Shown: positions 10,465 to 20,341 of the stretch, piece after piece
How the letters are laid out: the number at the start of each line of letters is the position of its first letter
Position numbering within the stretch: the stretch's first letter is position 1
Source of the DNA: Candidatus Kaiserbacteria bacterium
GTDB taxonomy: Bacteria; Patescibacteriota; Minisyncoccia; Phycocordibacterales; UBA918
DNA: 64,000 bases
Reading direction: 5' to 3'
Assembly: GCA_031430855.1 (NCBI GenBank)
Contig: JANPCG010000013.1
Coordinates: 26,347-90,346 of the forward strand
Program-made: the position numbers and the translations under genes
Notes under the pieces: model-generated
Told to the model about the DNA's origin: nothing
Database searches by the model: none
What the model saw: the letters and a program-made list of their open reading frames with translations, nothing else

Positions 10465-10957
10465 GGTAGGCTTAGCTCTCTCTATAGCTGGATTAATGTT
10501 TTTTGTATATATGCAATATAAGCAAAATGTGGTTGGTGTTGTGCCGGTTGAAAACACCTCGGATATTTCAGTGGGGGAGTTTACTAATCTTGTGTCATTT
10601 ACCATCGGCCGAATTTCAATGTTGGGTTCAATTGCTGATACTGATGCAGAGCGTACCCAAGGATTGTCTGACACTAAAGAAATTCCCATTGGTGTGGCCA
10701 AAGTGTTTATTTTTGATTCGTCAGAAAAATGGAGCTTCTGGATGAAAGATATGAATTACTCAATTGATATTTTCTGGCTCGATGAGAACGGGACTGTCGT
10801 GCACGTGGTTGAGTCCGTAACCCCGGACACCTATCCCGATACCTCATTTGCTCCATCGGTGCCAGCTCGTTACGTCATCGAAACCAAAGCTGGCTTTGCT
10901 AAAGAAAATAATATTGGTGTAGGTGCAGTAGTAAATGTGGCACCATTCAGTCGTTAA
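10448..10957 (+). CDS. DUF192-family protein
   Basis: IADTDAERTQGLS, FWMKDMNYSIDIFWLD, ARYVIETKAG. Confidence 0.85.
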   Translation: MGSLTKVGLALSIAGLMFFVYMQYKQNVVGVVPVENTSDISVGEFTNLVSFTIGRISMLGSIADTDAERTQGLSDTKEIPIGVAKVFIFDSSEKWSFWMKDMNYSIDIFWLDENGTVVHVVESVTPDTYPDTSFAPSVPARYVIETKAGFAKENNIGVGAVVNVAPFSR

Positions 10958-11000
10958 AGTGAAAGCTTGTTAAATGTTATTAATATTGTATAATTGTAAC

Positions 11001-11382
11001 GCATGGTAATCGCCCTGTTCAGTATTGAACGGGGAGGAAAGTCCGGACACACCCATGGTGCGCAAGTGCCAAGGAGACAGGTAGCGGGTAACGCCCGTCT
11101 GAGGTAGGGTCGTAAGATTTTGTCTCACGAGATGCGAGCAGAGACGTCCCGAGCGAAAGTGACGGAATTCCTTGGTTTACTAAGGAATAGCCCGATTGGT
11201 AACAATGGGGGTGAAACGGCTAAACTCTTACCCGTGTGCAAGGCCGCGCAGTCGAGGGCAAAAATCGTACATAGTATTGTTTTTGCCCTCGACTGAGAGC
11301 CGCATGAGGTGGTTGGTAACAATCATCCTAGGTATATGATTATCCGGTGGTGCAAGCCACTGACAGAATCCGGCTTATATGC
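11001..11382 (+). ncRNA. rnpB: RNase P RNA (bacterial)
   Basis: GAGGAAAGTCCGG near 5' end, GGGTGAAACGG..AAAC, ACAGAATCCGGCTTAT near 3' end; TATAAT upstream and terminator downstream. Confidence 0.95.
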
Positions 11383-11383
11383 A

Positions 11384-11418
11384 CAAAAACCACCAGTCTT
11401 TGGACTGGTGGTTTTTGA
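11384..11418 (+). terminator. rnpB terminator
   Basis: caaaaaccaccagtc-tttg-gactggtggtttttg. Confidence 0.75.
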
Positions 11419-11457
11419 TTGTGGTATTATGGTAAATACTATTCGTAAGTATTTAAT

Positions 11458-13950
11458 ATGGAACCAACTTCTTTCTTGCCTAAATTACCCGCCAAATCAG
11501 ATGCGATAAGTCGGTCACTCATGCGCGTTGCTCGGATAACTCTGGGTATCGGAATGGTGTTATCTCTCCTGCTTTTTATTCCTGGAGCGCCGGGATTGCT
11601 TGGCCCAAGTAAAGTCTATTTCCTCCTCGCTGCCATTTTGTTGGTGGTGGTATGTACGAGCCTCGCTATCTTACGGAGTGGTGCAGTTGCTGTTCGGTTT
11701 GTACCGGTATTAATGGGCTGGTGGGCACTGGTCCTTGCTGGTGTCATTTCAGCGTTGCTCTCGCCAACACTCCTACCGTCGCTTTTTGGTGATGCGCTCG
11801 AGATCCATACGGTTGGGTTTATTGCGCTCTTAGGGCTGGTTATGACGCTCGTACCGGTAGTTGGGATGAGTAAGCGGGCGATTGTTTATGTGTATGGAGG
11901 AATTCTAGGAGTGACTGCACTTTTAGTTGCATATCACTACATCAGATTGTTCACTGGTCCAGCATTCCTCTCATTTGGCCAATTTAACAATGCGGCGAGT
12001 ACCCTTATTGGAAGTTTTAACGATCTCGGATTATTAGTTGGTTCTATGATACTGCTCCTATTGGTGGCGGTGTTACAGTTACAATTAACTACTCGAGTAT
12101 TAGGTTGTATTGCTGTTGCGACGGCATTACTCCTCGGGCTGCTTACGATTGTTAATTTCTTTATCATTTGGTTAATACTCGGACTCTTTAGTTTGCTTGT
12201 TTTAATGTACAGCCTTACCAAAGACCGTTTTGGTGTTTCGGTTGGGGAGCGACCAGTGGGAGCGACAAAAACATCCATTGGGACAATTGGAATTATTGCG
12301 ATGGTTTTTGTAGTGTCGACAGTGTTTATGATTGGGGGAACCAATCTTGGGACTGCAGTATCAAATCTTACTGGTGTGAGTTATCTTGAGGTTCGACCTT
12401 CGGTTACCGCCACTATTAGTATTATGAGGGAAGTGTATAGTGAAAACCTTTTGACTGGATCGGGTCCAAATCGGTTTGTTGAAATGTGGCAGCTCCATAA
12501 AGATCCGGCCATTATGCAGACAATCTTTTGGGATACGCCATTTAATGCGGGAAGTGGGTATGTGCCAACCTGGTTTATCGCTACTGGCGCGCTTGGTTTA
12601 ATTGCGTGGGTATTTTTCCTCTTTCAGTTCTGTTACACCGGTATTACTATGTTGGTTCGCGGCCAATCAACGGATGAGTTTTGGTACTTTGTAGGGACGT
12701 CTTCGTTTGTACTCGGATTTTTCGTCTGGTTAATGTCAGTCGTGTATGTACCAGGACCAGCGATATTAATTTTTGGGGCGGTTTGTACCGGGATAATGCT
12801 GGTAGCACATCAAGCCTTACTTCCGAAGCGCATGGCGGTATTTAATATGTTGACGACTGCTCGGACGGGATTTATTCTCATTGCGATCGTGATGGTGGTG
12901 ATTATTAGTAGTGTTGCGGTAGGTTATGGAGCGATGCGACAAGGTACCGCAGCCTACACCTTTGTGACAGCAGCTACTGCCGTTACTCCCGGGAGCCAAA
13001 ACCCCGCCGGTGAGATTACTGGTCGAATTATCGAAGCCTTCCGCTTGCATCAGTCTGATACCTTTGCACGAGAAATTGCCCTTTATAACCAGCTCCAACT
13101 CAATGCACTCTTATCTCTTCCATCTGTAACTGCAGAACAGCAGCAGCAGGTAGAAGCTACTGTGGCAACCGGGCTTACTGCGGCTCGTGACGCAGTGGCA
13201 CTAAAGCCAACTGATGCCCGGAACGCTAAAATTCTAGGAGATCTATATGCCGTCTTGGCAGTTAATAACATTGAAGGGGCGCGTGAACGTGCAAACGAAG
13301 CTTTCTCGCTGGCCGAGAGTCGAGATCCGCAAAACCCCTATTATGTACTCCAAAAATCTATCATGGCGTACCGCGCAAATGACGTAGATTCAGCACGGAG
13401 TTTAGTCATGCAAGCAATTGCCTTAAAACCAAATTATACTGAGGCTATCTTTCTCCTGTCGCAAATTGATATTGCCGCTAATGATGTAAAAAAGGCGATT
13501 GATACAACGCTCGCCTTAGTCCAGCTCGAGCCACAAAATCCTGCTCGTTATTACCAACTCGGAGTTCTCTATTCGGCTGATAATAATCGAGAGGGAGCAT
13601 TGGCAGCATTTGGAGAAGCGATTGTCCGAGAGCCTGCCTATGCGAATGCGCTCTACTTGCGCGGTCTAGAGTATGTCCGGGCTGGAGAGACAGAGCGAGC
13701 GCTCGCTGATCTTGAAAAGGTGCGAGATCTCAATCCCGACAATGACTCAATTAAAGGGCTTGTAGATCAGGTTCGTCAAGGCACGGTGTCTACGACAAGT
13801 ACGCCTGTTGGAGAAACTATTCCTGAAGGAAATAGTGTATCTAGTGAAAATGAAGTCACAACAAGTGATACGGTACCTGATACCAATCTTTTGACTCCAG
13901 TGAACACGCCAACCGAATCAGCTATTCCGGGTTCAGAAACCACCGAATAG
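11458..13950 (+). CDS. Multi-pass membrane protein (O-antigen-ligase-like) with C-terminal TPR repeats
   Basis: ~12 TM helices, LTGSGPNRF loop, TPR-like repeats (DPQNPYY, LKPNYTEA, EPQNPARYYQLG). Confidence 0.7.
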   Translation: MEPTSFLPKLPAKSDAISRSLMRVARITLGIGMVLSLLLFIPGAPGLLGPSKVYFLLAAILLVVVCTSLAILRSGAVAVRFVPVLMGWWALVLAGVISALLSPTLLPSLFGDALEIHTVGFIALLGLVMTLVPVVGMSKRAIVYVYGGILGVTALLVAYHYIRLFTGPAFLSFGQFNNAASTLIGSFNDLGLLVGSMILLLLVAVLQLQLTTRVLGCIAVATALLLGLLTIVNFFIIWLILGLFSLLVLMYSLTKDRFGVSVGERPVGATKTSIGTIGIIAMVFVVSTVFMIGGTNLGTAVSNLTGVSYLEVRPSVTATISIMREVYSENLLTGSGPNRFVEMWQLHKDPAIMQTIFWDTPFNAGSGYVPTWFIATGALGLIAWVFFLFQFCYTGITMLVRGQSTDEFWYFVGTSSFVLGFFVWLMSVVYVPGPAILIFGAVCTGIMLVAHQALLPKRMAVFNMLTTARTGFILIAIVMVVIISSVAVGYGAMRQGTAAYTFVTAATAVTPGSQNPAGEITGRIIEAFRLHQSDTFAREIALYNQLQLNALLSLPSVTAEQQQQVEATVATGLTAARDAVALKPTDARNAKILGDLYAVLAVNNIEGARERANEAFSLAESRDPQNPYYVLQKSIMAYRANDVDSARSLVMQAIALKPNYTEAIFLLSQIDIAANDVKKAIDTTLALVQLEPQNPARYYQLGVLYSADNNREGALAAFGEAIVREPAYANALYLRGLEYVRAGETERALADLEKVRDLNPDNDSIKGLVDQVRQGTVSTTSTPVGETIPEGNSVSSENEVTTSDTVPDTNLLTPVNTPTESAIPGSETTE

Positions 13951-13965
13951 TTCTCTTTTGCGGGT

Positions 13966-15642
13966 ATGGTAACGCGCGTTATAAGTCTCTTTTATCGCGA
14001 AGTTCGCGGTCTTCATCAAGCGGCGTATATTCTTGCACTCTTTGCTCTGGCTTCACAAGTCCTGGCTATTGTTAGGGATCGCATTCTCGCTAATCAGTTT
14101 GGAGCAGGGAGTGAGCTCGATATTTATTATGCCGCTTTTCGACTGCCTGACTTACTGTTTGTACTCTTTGCTTCTGTCTTGTCAGTCTATGTCCTTCTGC
14201 CGTTTGTCACCAAAGCTCGAGAAGTAAATGAGGAGAAGGCCCAGGCCATACTCAGTCAAATGCTCACCCTCTTTTGTATTGGGTACACATTTGTGGCGAT
14301 TCTGAGCTTTGCCTTGGCTCCGATGATTGTCCGCGTTCTGTATCCCGATTTACCATTCGTCGATCAAGCATCAGTAGTGAGTTTAATGCGTGTATTATTG
14401 TTGCAGCCTTTATTGCTTGGTATGTCGAGTCTTTTTGGGGTGGTTACACAGCTGCAGCACCGTTTTGTCATCTACGCTATTTCACCCCTGTTGTATAACA
14501 TGGGAATTATTATTGGCGCAACGTTATTCTATTCGTTGTTTGGTCTGGTAGGAATTGTCTATGGAGTTGTCTTGGGAGCCTTGGGACATGTTTTGATTCA
14601 AGTTCCTTTGGTATACAAGAGTACGCTTCAGTTTGGGTTTACCCTTCGCATTGACTGGCGGCTTATCTGGCAAGTAGCACTAGTGGCGCTGCCGCGAGCA
14701 ATCACACTTTCCTTGAGTCAACTGCAACTCTTGCTGTTTGTGAGTTTGGCGAGCACGATGGTAGTTGGTTCCGTTTCGGTCTTACAATTTGCGTTTAATT
14801 TACAATCAGTTCCGCTGGCTATTATCGGTATGAGTTACTCGGTAGCGGCATTCCCAACTCTGGCTGAACTTTTAGCCCAAAAGAAGTTTCAAGAATTTAA
14901 CGCCTTTGTCCTGACCGCATTACGACATATTATTTTTTGGTCCCTCCCGGTGGTTGTGCTCGTCATTGTATTACGAGCTCAGATTGTCCGTGTGTTATTA
15001 GGGAGTGGGTCGTTCGATTGGGCTGACACGCGTCTGACTGCTGCGGTACTGGCACTTTTTGTGGTGTCTCTCACGGCACAGGCAATGGCACTGCTTATTG
15101 TCCGGGCCTTTTATGCCGGAGGGTATACCCGTTTACCTTTAGTGTTAACACTTGTTGGTACTACTATTGGTTCACTCGGTGCGTATAGTAGTTACGTTTG
15201 GTTTCAAAGTAGTCCTTTCATTGCAATGGAATTTGCTTCCTTGTTACGTCTTGAAGGTGTGACTGGTGCGGAAGTTTTAATGTTGCCGCTCGGCTATACC
15301 GTAGGGGTTATTGTGCAAGTGTTATTAATGATTTACTTTCTTGCGCGTACCTATTCGCTGTCGCTCACCGGTTTGTGGTCGCATTTCTTTGAATCATGTA
15401 TTGCTTCAGTGATCGGTGGTTTCGTGGCCTACGCTACTTTGATTTTTGTCGTAGAAGGAGTAAATCAGGACCGTTTTTTAGGCATTCTGATGCAAGGACT
15501 TTTGGCTGGGGTTCTTGGTGTTATTACAGTTGTTGCCGTCTATAGGATTCTTGGGTCACCAGAACTTCATGAAATTTATCAAGCGTTTAGGAGTCGAATC
15601 TTTAAGACAGAGGTGATTGCGCCTCAACCCGACGTCCTCTAG
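13966..15642 (+). CDS. murJ: Lipid II flippase MurJ (MviN)
   Basis: RDRILANQFGAG.ELDIYYAAFRLPD, SPLLYNMGII, P.AIIG.S.S.AAFP.L. Confidence 0.85.
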   Translation: MVTRVISLFYREVRGLHQAAYILALFALASQVLAIVRDRILANQFGAGSELDIYYAAFRLPDLLFVLFASVLSVYVLLPFVTKAREVNEEKAQAILSQMLTLFCIGYTFVAILSFALAPMIVRVLYPDLPFVDQASVVSLMRVLLLQPLLLGMSSLFGVVTQLQHRFVIYAISPLLYNMGIIIGATLFYSLFGLVGIVYGVVLGALGHVLIQVPLVYKSTLQFGFTLRIDWRLIWQVALVALPRAITLSLSQLQLLLFVSLASTMVVGSVSVLQFAFNLQSVPLAIIGMSYSVAAFPTLAELLAQKKFQEFNAFVLTALRHIIFWSLPVVVLVIVLRAQIVRVLLGSGSFDWADTRLTAAVLALFVVSLTAQAMALLIVRAFYAGGYTRLPLVLTLVGTTIGSLGAYSSYVWFQSSPFIAMEFASLLRLEGVTGAEVLMLPLGYTVGVIVQVLLMIYFLARTYSLSLTGLWSHFFESCIASVIGGFVAYATLIFVVEGVNQDRFLGILMQGLLAGVLGVITVVAVYRILGSPELHEIYQAFRSRIFKTEVIAPQPDVL

Positions 15643-15775
15643 GAATTCCCAAAAAATATTTCATCTGCTTTGTTGGGTGGCGAAAAATATTTCTCACTGT
15701 ACGTTCAAGTACACCTCATAATATTTTCCGCCACCCGCCACCCGCCACGCACCTAAAACATTTTTTGAAAATCCC
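15642..15775. repeat. Long imperfect palindrome, type C copy 1
   Basis: Imperfect terminal IR, inner IR gggtggcgaaaaatatt/aatattttccgccaccc, central ctcactgtac-gttcaa-gtacacctc. Confidence 0.6.
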
Positions 15776-15884
15776 CATAGCCTAAATCGCAGCTGCTGTC
15801 TCTTTGAACCAAATAGAATCAATTTAAAGGTGCTTTCTAAACGCTGGTACTTTGAGCTATTTTCGGGTACAGTAGGCTCATTCT

Positions 15885-17678
15885 ATGAGTATTCCAATCA
15901 GAAATTTTAGTATTATTGCGCACATTGACCACGGTAAGTCTACCTTGGCTGACCGTATGCTCGAAACCACACGAACCGTTGAGGCGCGTAAAATGCAGGC
16001 CCAGGTGCTTGATTCGATGGAACTCGAGCGGGAGCGTGGTATTACTATAAAAATGCAGCCGGTGCGGATGCACTATGTTCATGCAGGTGTGGACTATCAG
16101 TTAAACCTGATTGATACACCGGGACATATCGATTTTTCTTACGAAGTATCTCGCGCCCTAAAAGCGGTAGAAGGTGTGCTCTTGTTGGTTGACAGTACCC
16201 AAGGTATTCAGGCTCAGACACTCACGACGCTCCAGATGGCCAAAGAGCAGGGACTCACTATTATCCCGGTTCTTACCAAGACCGACATGGGTCACTCACG
16301 TCCCGAGGAGGTAGGAGAGTCAGTTATGAAGTTGTTGGGGTGTGCGCGTGAAGATATTCTGTTAGTGTCAGGAAAAACGGGCGCTGGGGTTCCTGAACTA
16401 TTGGAGGCAATCTGTGAACGGATTCCCGCACCACGTCCGAGTGAGCTTGATGCGTATCGGGGACTCATTTTTGACTTCACCTACTCGAATCATCGAGGAG
16501 TAATTGTCTTTATGCGGGTGTTTGATGGTGAAGTGCGTAAGGGAGACCAGGTGTGTTTTGTGGCGGGTGGAAAGAGTTTTACTGCGCTTGAGGTAGGAAT
16601 GGTAACTCCAAACGAAGTACCCTGTGAACGAATTAGTGCCGGTGAAATTGGATATATCGTAACGGGAATTAAAGAGCCAGGAGTAGCAACGGTGGGAGAT
16701 ACCTTAACGCTTGAGAAAAAGCCGGCGCCGCCACTTGCCGGCTATGCTCCCGCTCGTCCCGTTGTCTGGGCCTCCATCTTTCCTGACAGTCAGGACGACT
16801 TCACGATTCTGCGTCAAGCCCTCGATCGTCTAAAGCTCTCTGATTCATCACTCTCCTACGAAGAAGAGTCCTCAGGTGTGTTAGGTCGGGGATTCCGCTG
16901 TGGTTTTCTCGGAATGCTCCATCTCGAAATTGTAACCGAACGTTTGAAGCGCGAATTTAATATTGAAATTATTATTACTGCGCCGTCTATTGCGTACGAG
17001 GTAACCTATGACGATGGAACGGTAGAATCAATTTACGCCGCTTCGCGTTTTCCAGAACATGGAGTAAGCGCATCAATTCGTGAACCGTGGCTCTTGGGAC
17101 AAATTATTGCCCCGCCTGAGTACGTCGGTAATATCATGAACCTCTTGTTTGATCATGAGGGAAGTGTGCTTGAAACGGAGGTGTTAACTGACGGTCGTAA
17201 CTTGGTTACGATTGAGATGCCTCTCCGAGAACTAATGCGGAACTTTTTTGATAAGCTTAAAAATGCGAGTAGTGGGTACGCGTCACTCTCTTATGAAATT
17301 GCTGAGATGCGACCGGCTTCAGTCGTACGTCTTGATGTCTTGGTGGCGGAAGAGTTGATTACCGCGTTTTCTCGAGTAGTCGGTGAACGGCGAGCTGAAT
17401 TTGATGCTCGCGCGACAGTAGAAAAGTTGTATGAGATTTTACCGCGGCAGCAATTTGTCACCAAAATCCAAACCAAAGTGCGCGGCAAGATTATTGCCTC
17501 AAAGACGATTTCTGCCCTCAAAAAAGATGTAACCGGCTACCTCTACGGTGGAGACATTACGCGGAAGATGAAGCTCCGAGATAAACAAAAGAAGGGCAAG
17601 AAGAAGGCGTTGGAGTTGGGGAAGGGGAGGGTGAATATATCACAAGATGTATTTATGAAAATGCTGAAAAGTGACTAA
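15885..17678 (+). CDS. lepA: Translation elongation factor 4 (LepA)
   Basis: [52 protein letters not shown]. Confidence 0.97.
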   Translation: MSIPIRNFSIIAHIDHGKSTLADRMLETTRTVEARKMQAQVLDSMELERERGITIKMQPVRMHYVHAGVDYQLNLIDTPGHIDFSYEVSRALKAVEGVLLLVDSTQGIQAQTLTTLQMAKEQGLTIIPVLTKTDMGHSRPEEVGESVMKLLGCAREDILLVSGKTGAGVPELLEAICERIPAPRPSELDAYRGLIFDFTYSNHRGVIVFMRVFDGEVRKGDQVCFVAGGKSFTALEVGMVTPNEVPCERISAGEIGYIVTGIKEPGVATVGDTLTLEKKPAPPLAGYAPARPVVWASIFPDSQDDFTILRQALDRLKLSDSSLSYEEESSGVLGRGFRCGFLGMLHLEIVTERLKREFNIEIIITAPSIAYEVTYDDGTVESIYAASRFPEHGVSASIREPWLLGQIIAPPEYVGNIMNLLFDHEGSVLETEVLTDGRNLVTIEMPLRELMRNFFDKLKNASSGYASLSYEIAEMRPASVVRLDVLVAEELITAFSRVVGERRAEFDARATVEKLYEILPRQQFVTKIQTKVRGKIIASKTISALKKDVTGYLYGGDITRKMKLRDKQKKGKKKALELGKGRVNISQDVFMKMLKSD

Positions 17679-17769
17679 ATGTCACTTTGAAGACCTTGCC
17701 TGCTACTTTTGAATTTATGAAAAAGTAGTGACAAGGTGTACTGACGACTGTAAGGCGAAAAGCGACTGA
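17666..17769 (+). repeat. Type B palindromic element at lepA 3' end with duplicated K-S-D-stop
   Basis: GTGACtaaatGTCAC hairpin, then GAAGACC-hairpin-GGTGTAC..TGTAAG; flanked by GAAAAGTGACTAA / GAAAAGCGACTGA. Confidence 0.65.
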
Positions 17770-17947
17770 TTTCAGCCCATCTACTTTGTCGGCATTCAAA
17801 AAATGTCAGTCGCCGTATAGAAATACGTCTTCCTACATTTTTATCTGCCTTCTCGTAGCTGGACTAAAATCCCTCACTTTTAAACTCAAAGAGAAAAAGC
17901 AGTCACTGAGGGTGACTGCTTTTTCGCGTGGTTACGTTACGCCTGAT

Positions 17948-18067
17948 TTATGCTCCTCCAACGCCTCCAGAATACGCAAAAACCATACTAATAATGATAA
18001 TAATGGCTAATACCCCCCAAATCCATTTAATGGTAGTTTTTGTTCGTTTGTGAAAAAGAAAACTCAT
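17948..18067 (-). CDS. Small single-TM protein (39 aa), absent from the ORF track
   Basis: Manual translation MSFLFHKRTKTTIKWIWGVLAIIIIISMVFAYSGGVGGA; bidirectional terminator at 17894-17924. Confidence 0.55.
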   Translation of the reverse strand: MSFLFHKRTKTTIKWIWGVLAIIIIISMVFAYSGGVGGA

Positions 18068-18086
18068 AATGCTACAATACTATCAC

Positions 18087-18467
18087 ATGCTTGAATTTTA
18101 CCAACAGAAGTCCCTGCGCAGCTATTTGCGGTCACCTCTGGCCCTCTTTGTGCTGGCTGTCATTTGTTTGTTTTTTGCCCGAATTGTGTACGAGCGGTAC
18201 ACCATTTCGCGTGATATGGCGACGAGAACTGATGATGCGCAGGCCGAATTAGAGTCACTGATGGAGCGTAAAGAACAACTTACCGAAAAGGTTGAGTACC
18301 TCAGCAATGACCGAGGGATTGAAGCAGAAATGCGTCGTAATTTTGATGTGGCGCGAGCGGGTGAGCAGGTGGTAATTATTCTTGATAAAGAAGTCGATGA
18401 GAACACTATCGAGCCCATGCAAGCAATGCCGACAGAAGAGCCTCCGTGGTACCAATTTTGGCGCTAA
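18087..18467 (+). CDS. Septum formation initiator family protein (FtsB/DivIC-like)
   Basis: TM helix, coiled coil, GIEAEMRRNFDVARAGEQVVII motif. Confidence 0.75.
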   Translation: MLEFYQQKSLRSYLRSPLALFVLAVICLFFARIVYERYTISRDMATRTDDAQAELESLMERKEQLTEKVEYLSNDRGIEAEMRRNFDVARAGEQVVIILDKEVDENTIEPMQAMPTEEPPWYQFWR

Positions 18468-18514
18468 AGGAAATATGCTATACTAGCAAAGCTTATACGT
18501 AATTATATTTTTGT

Positions 18515-18751
18515 ATGAATAAAACCGTAACCATCTACAGTACTCCCGTCTGCCATTTCTGCCACATGGCCAAAGAATTTTTTACTGAAAATAACATTGC
18601 ATACGTTGAACATGATGTGGCGTCAAATCAGGAAAAGCGCGCTGAGATGATTGATATGTCAGGTCAGATGGGAGTTCCAGTGATTGTGATTGGTGATGAC
18701 CTCATCATTGGATTTGATGAACCAAAGGTCAAAGAGATATTAGGGATGTAA
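18515..18751 (+). CDS. Glutaredoxin (NrdH/YruB-like)
   Basis: YSTPVCHFC CxxC, SGQMGVPVI, GFD. Confidence 0.9.
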   Translation: MNKTVTIYSTPVCHFCHMAKEFFTENNIAYVEHDVASNQEKRAEMIDMSGQMGVPVIVIGDDLIIGFDEPKVKEILGM

Positions 18752-18794
18752 GCTAAATTGTAACGTGTTAAAAAATCGGCCACGGGCCGATTTT

Positions 18795-19247
18795 TTAAAT
18801 CTTAAAATTTTTGCCCCAAGCATACCAGGGTAGAGTGAGTTTCGTGTTGGGTACTAGGTTGAGTAACCAAGCGGTGTAAGTATTACAATTCGGTCCGATA
18901 ACCATATTGTAGGTGTGTACATAGGGATAATTTATAGCTTCATTCTGAATCGCTATATGTAGTTTATGGGCAAGTGAATCGGTCTCCCCAGTGAGCTCCT
19001 CTAACACTCGACCAATTTGTCTCTTAGCTAGATTATTAGGATTGGCAATTGGAGACCAGGTTGTTCCGAGGTGGTCCGGGAAAATATTCCTATAAATATA
19101 TCCATTAATGGGCTCTATAGAAAGTCCCGGGTATCCCCAAAAATCGTAGCGTTCGAGTGTATTGCTGTCAGAAATTTCTACCCACGTATGAACGGTGAAG
19201 TTAAAAGGAAATGACATCGGAGTGGCATAGAGTTTGACGCTGTACAT
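18795..19247 (-). CDS. DUF3750-like protein
   Basis: VHTWV..RYDFWG and Y....GPNCNTY motifs resemble DUF3750; AT-rich. Confidence 0.5.
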   Translation of the reverse strand: MYSVKLYATPMSFPFNFTVHTWVEISDSNTLERYDFWGYPGLSIEPINGYIYRNIFPDHLGTTWSPIANPNNLAKRQIGRVLEELTGETDSLAHKLHIAIQNEAINYPYVHTYNMVIGPNCNTYTAWLLNLVPNTKLTLPWYAWGKNFKI

Positions 19248-19249
19248 TG

Positions 19250-19321
19250 TGCCCGCACCCGGAATCGAACCAGGATCCTCTCCTTAGGACGGAGTAGCTC
19301 TATCCATTGAGCTATGTGGGC
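19250..19321 (-). tRNA. tRNA-Arg(CCT)
   Basis: Cloverleaf GCCCACATAGCTCAATGGATAGAGC...GT-CCT-AA...GGTTCGATTCC; no encoded CCA. Confidence 0.9.
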
Positions 19322-19389
19322 AATTAGGGCCTAGGATAGCATATTTGAGCCATTACAGCAGGTGAGGGGTCTGGTATACTATACCGAAT

Positions 19390-19689
19390 ATGGAACCTGA
19401 GACTCAAACTGATCATGACTGCATGCGTAGTCTCTTGGAGGCTAATAATGCGCTTTTGGTCGAAAATAATGCCCTTCTAAAAAAAATTGATCGGCGAGAT
19501 ATCCGAGCGATGTGGTTTAAATTTATCTGGATTGCCTTATTAATCGGGCTACCACTGCTGTTTATGTCGTACTTCATAAATACGTATATGGGCATGTTGG
19601 GGTTAGGAAGTAATAGTGCAGATTCCCCGAGTATTTTAGAGAGCTTAAGTGAGGCGCAGCGGACCCTCGATGAACTTCGAGGACAATAG
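19390..19689 (+). CDS. Hypothetical membrane protein
   Basis: Coiled coil plus one TM helix; extended -10 upstream. Confidence 0.6.
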   Translation: MEPETQTDHDCMRSLLEANNALLVENNALLKKIDRRDIRAMWFKFIWIALLIGLPLLFMSYFINTYMGMLGLGSNSADSPSILESLSEAQRTLDELRGQ

Positions 19690-19788
19690 TAATCCCTCTT
19701 GGGGTAGGTTGAAAATAAGTCAAAACCAGGTACAATGCTGACTATCGCTCCTTAGGAAAAGGGCAATAAAATAGATGAAGATTCACCC

Positions 19789-19861
19789 GCTTGGGTAGCT
19801 CAGTTGGTAGAGCATTTCCCTGAAGAGGAAGGGGTCGGCGGTTCGAGCCCGCCCCCAAGCA
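19789..19861 (+). tRNA. tRNA-Phe(GAA)
   Basis: GCTTGGGTAGCTCAGTTGGTAGAGC...CT-GAA-GA...GGTTCGAGCCC. Confidence 0.95.
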
Positions 19862-20318
19862 CCGCGTACAGAAAGCCCCGCAAGGGGCTATTTCTGTACC
19901 CGGTGCTTGGGGAGTAAAGCGCCTGCGCGCTTTACGTGCGGGCTCGAAAGGCGCAGACATGTGTTGCTCGTAAGAGCAACAAGTCGAGCCGGGGTCGCGA
20001 ACACTTTGTAGATTATGAGCGTAGCGAAATAATGTACTTAGTGATTCGTGACCGGGCCCACCCCACAAGGGGCTATTTCTGTACCCGGTGCTTGAGGAGC
20101 AACTTACTAATATCAGTTGCGTGCGGGTGAGGAGTGACTTAATGTCACTCCGCAAGACCTTGCCAGCTCTTTTGGAAAAAGAGCTGGCAAGGTATACAGT
20201 TTCTGTAAGATCGGCGCGTCGGGGTCGAGAGTACTTACTAGAATTAGAGCCGAAGGCGAACAAATATAGTTAGGCAAAACATAATGGGATTATGTTTTGC
20301 CGTGACCGCCCCCGCCCC
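19862..20318 (+). repeat. Tandem composite palindromic elements (two type A units plus a nested type B) after tRNA-Phe
   Basis: Inverted tRNA 3' copy split by 25-nt hairpin (19913-19937); GGTC..GACC hairpins at 19993-20053 and 20223-20307; type B at 20131-20209. Confidence 0.8.
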
Positions 20319-20341
20319 AAAATTTGCTATACTGACAATCT

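Noticed and set aside
19742-20273. ORFs 19742-20263, 19936-20130 and 20088-20273
   Set aside because: They overlap tRNA-Phe and the palindromic repeats, with no protein-like features.
19862-20318. CRISPR or TIGR-type array
   Set aside because: No regular repeat-spacer period, no cas/tas genes in the window, and the variable parts match the adjacent locus rather than foreign DNA.
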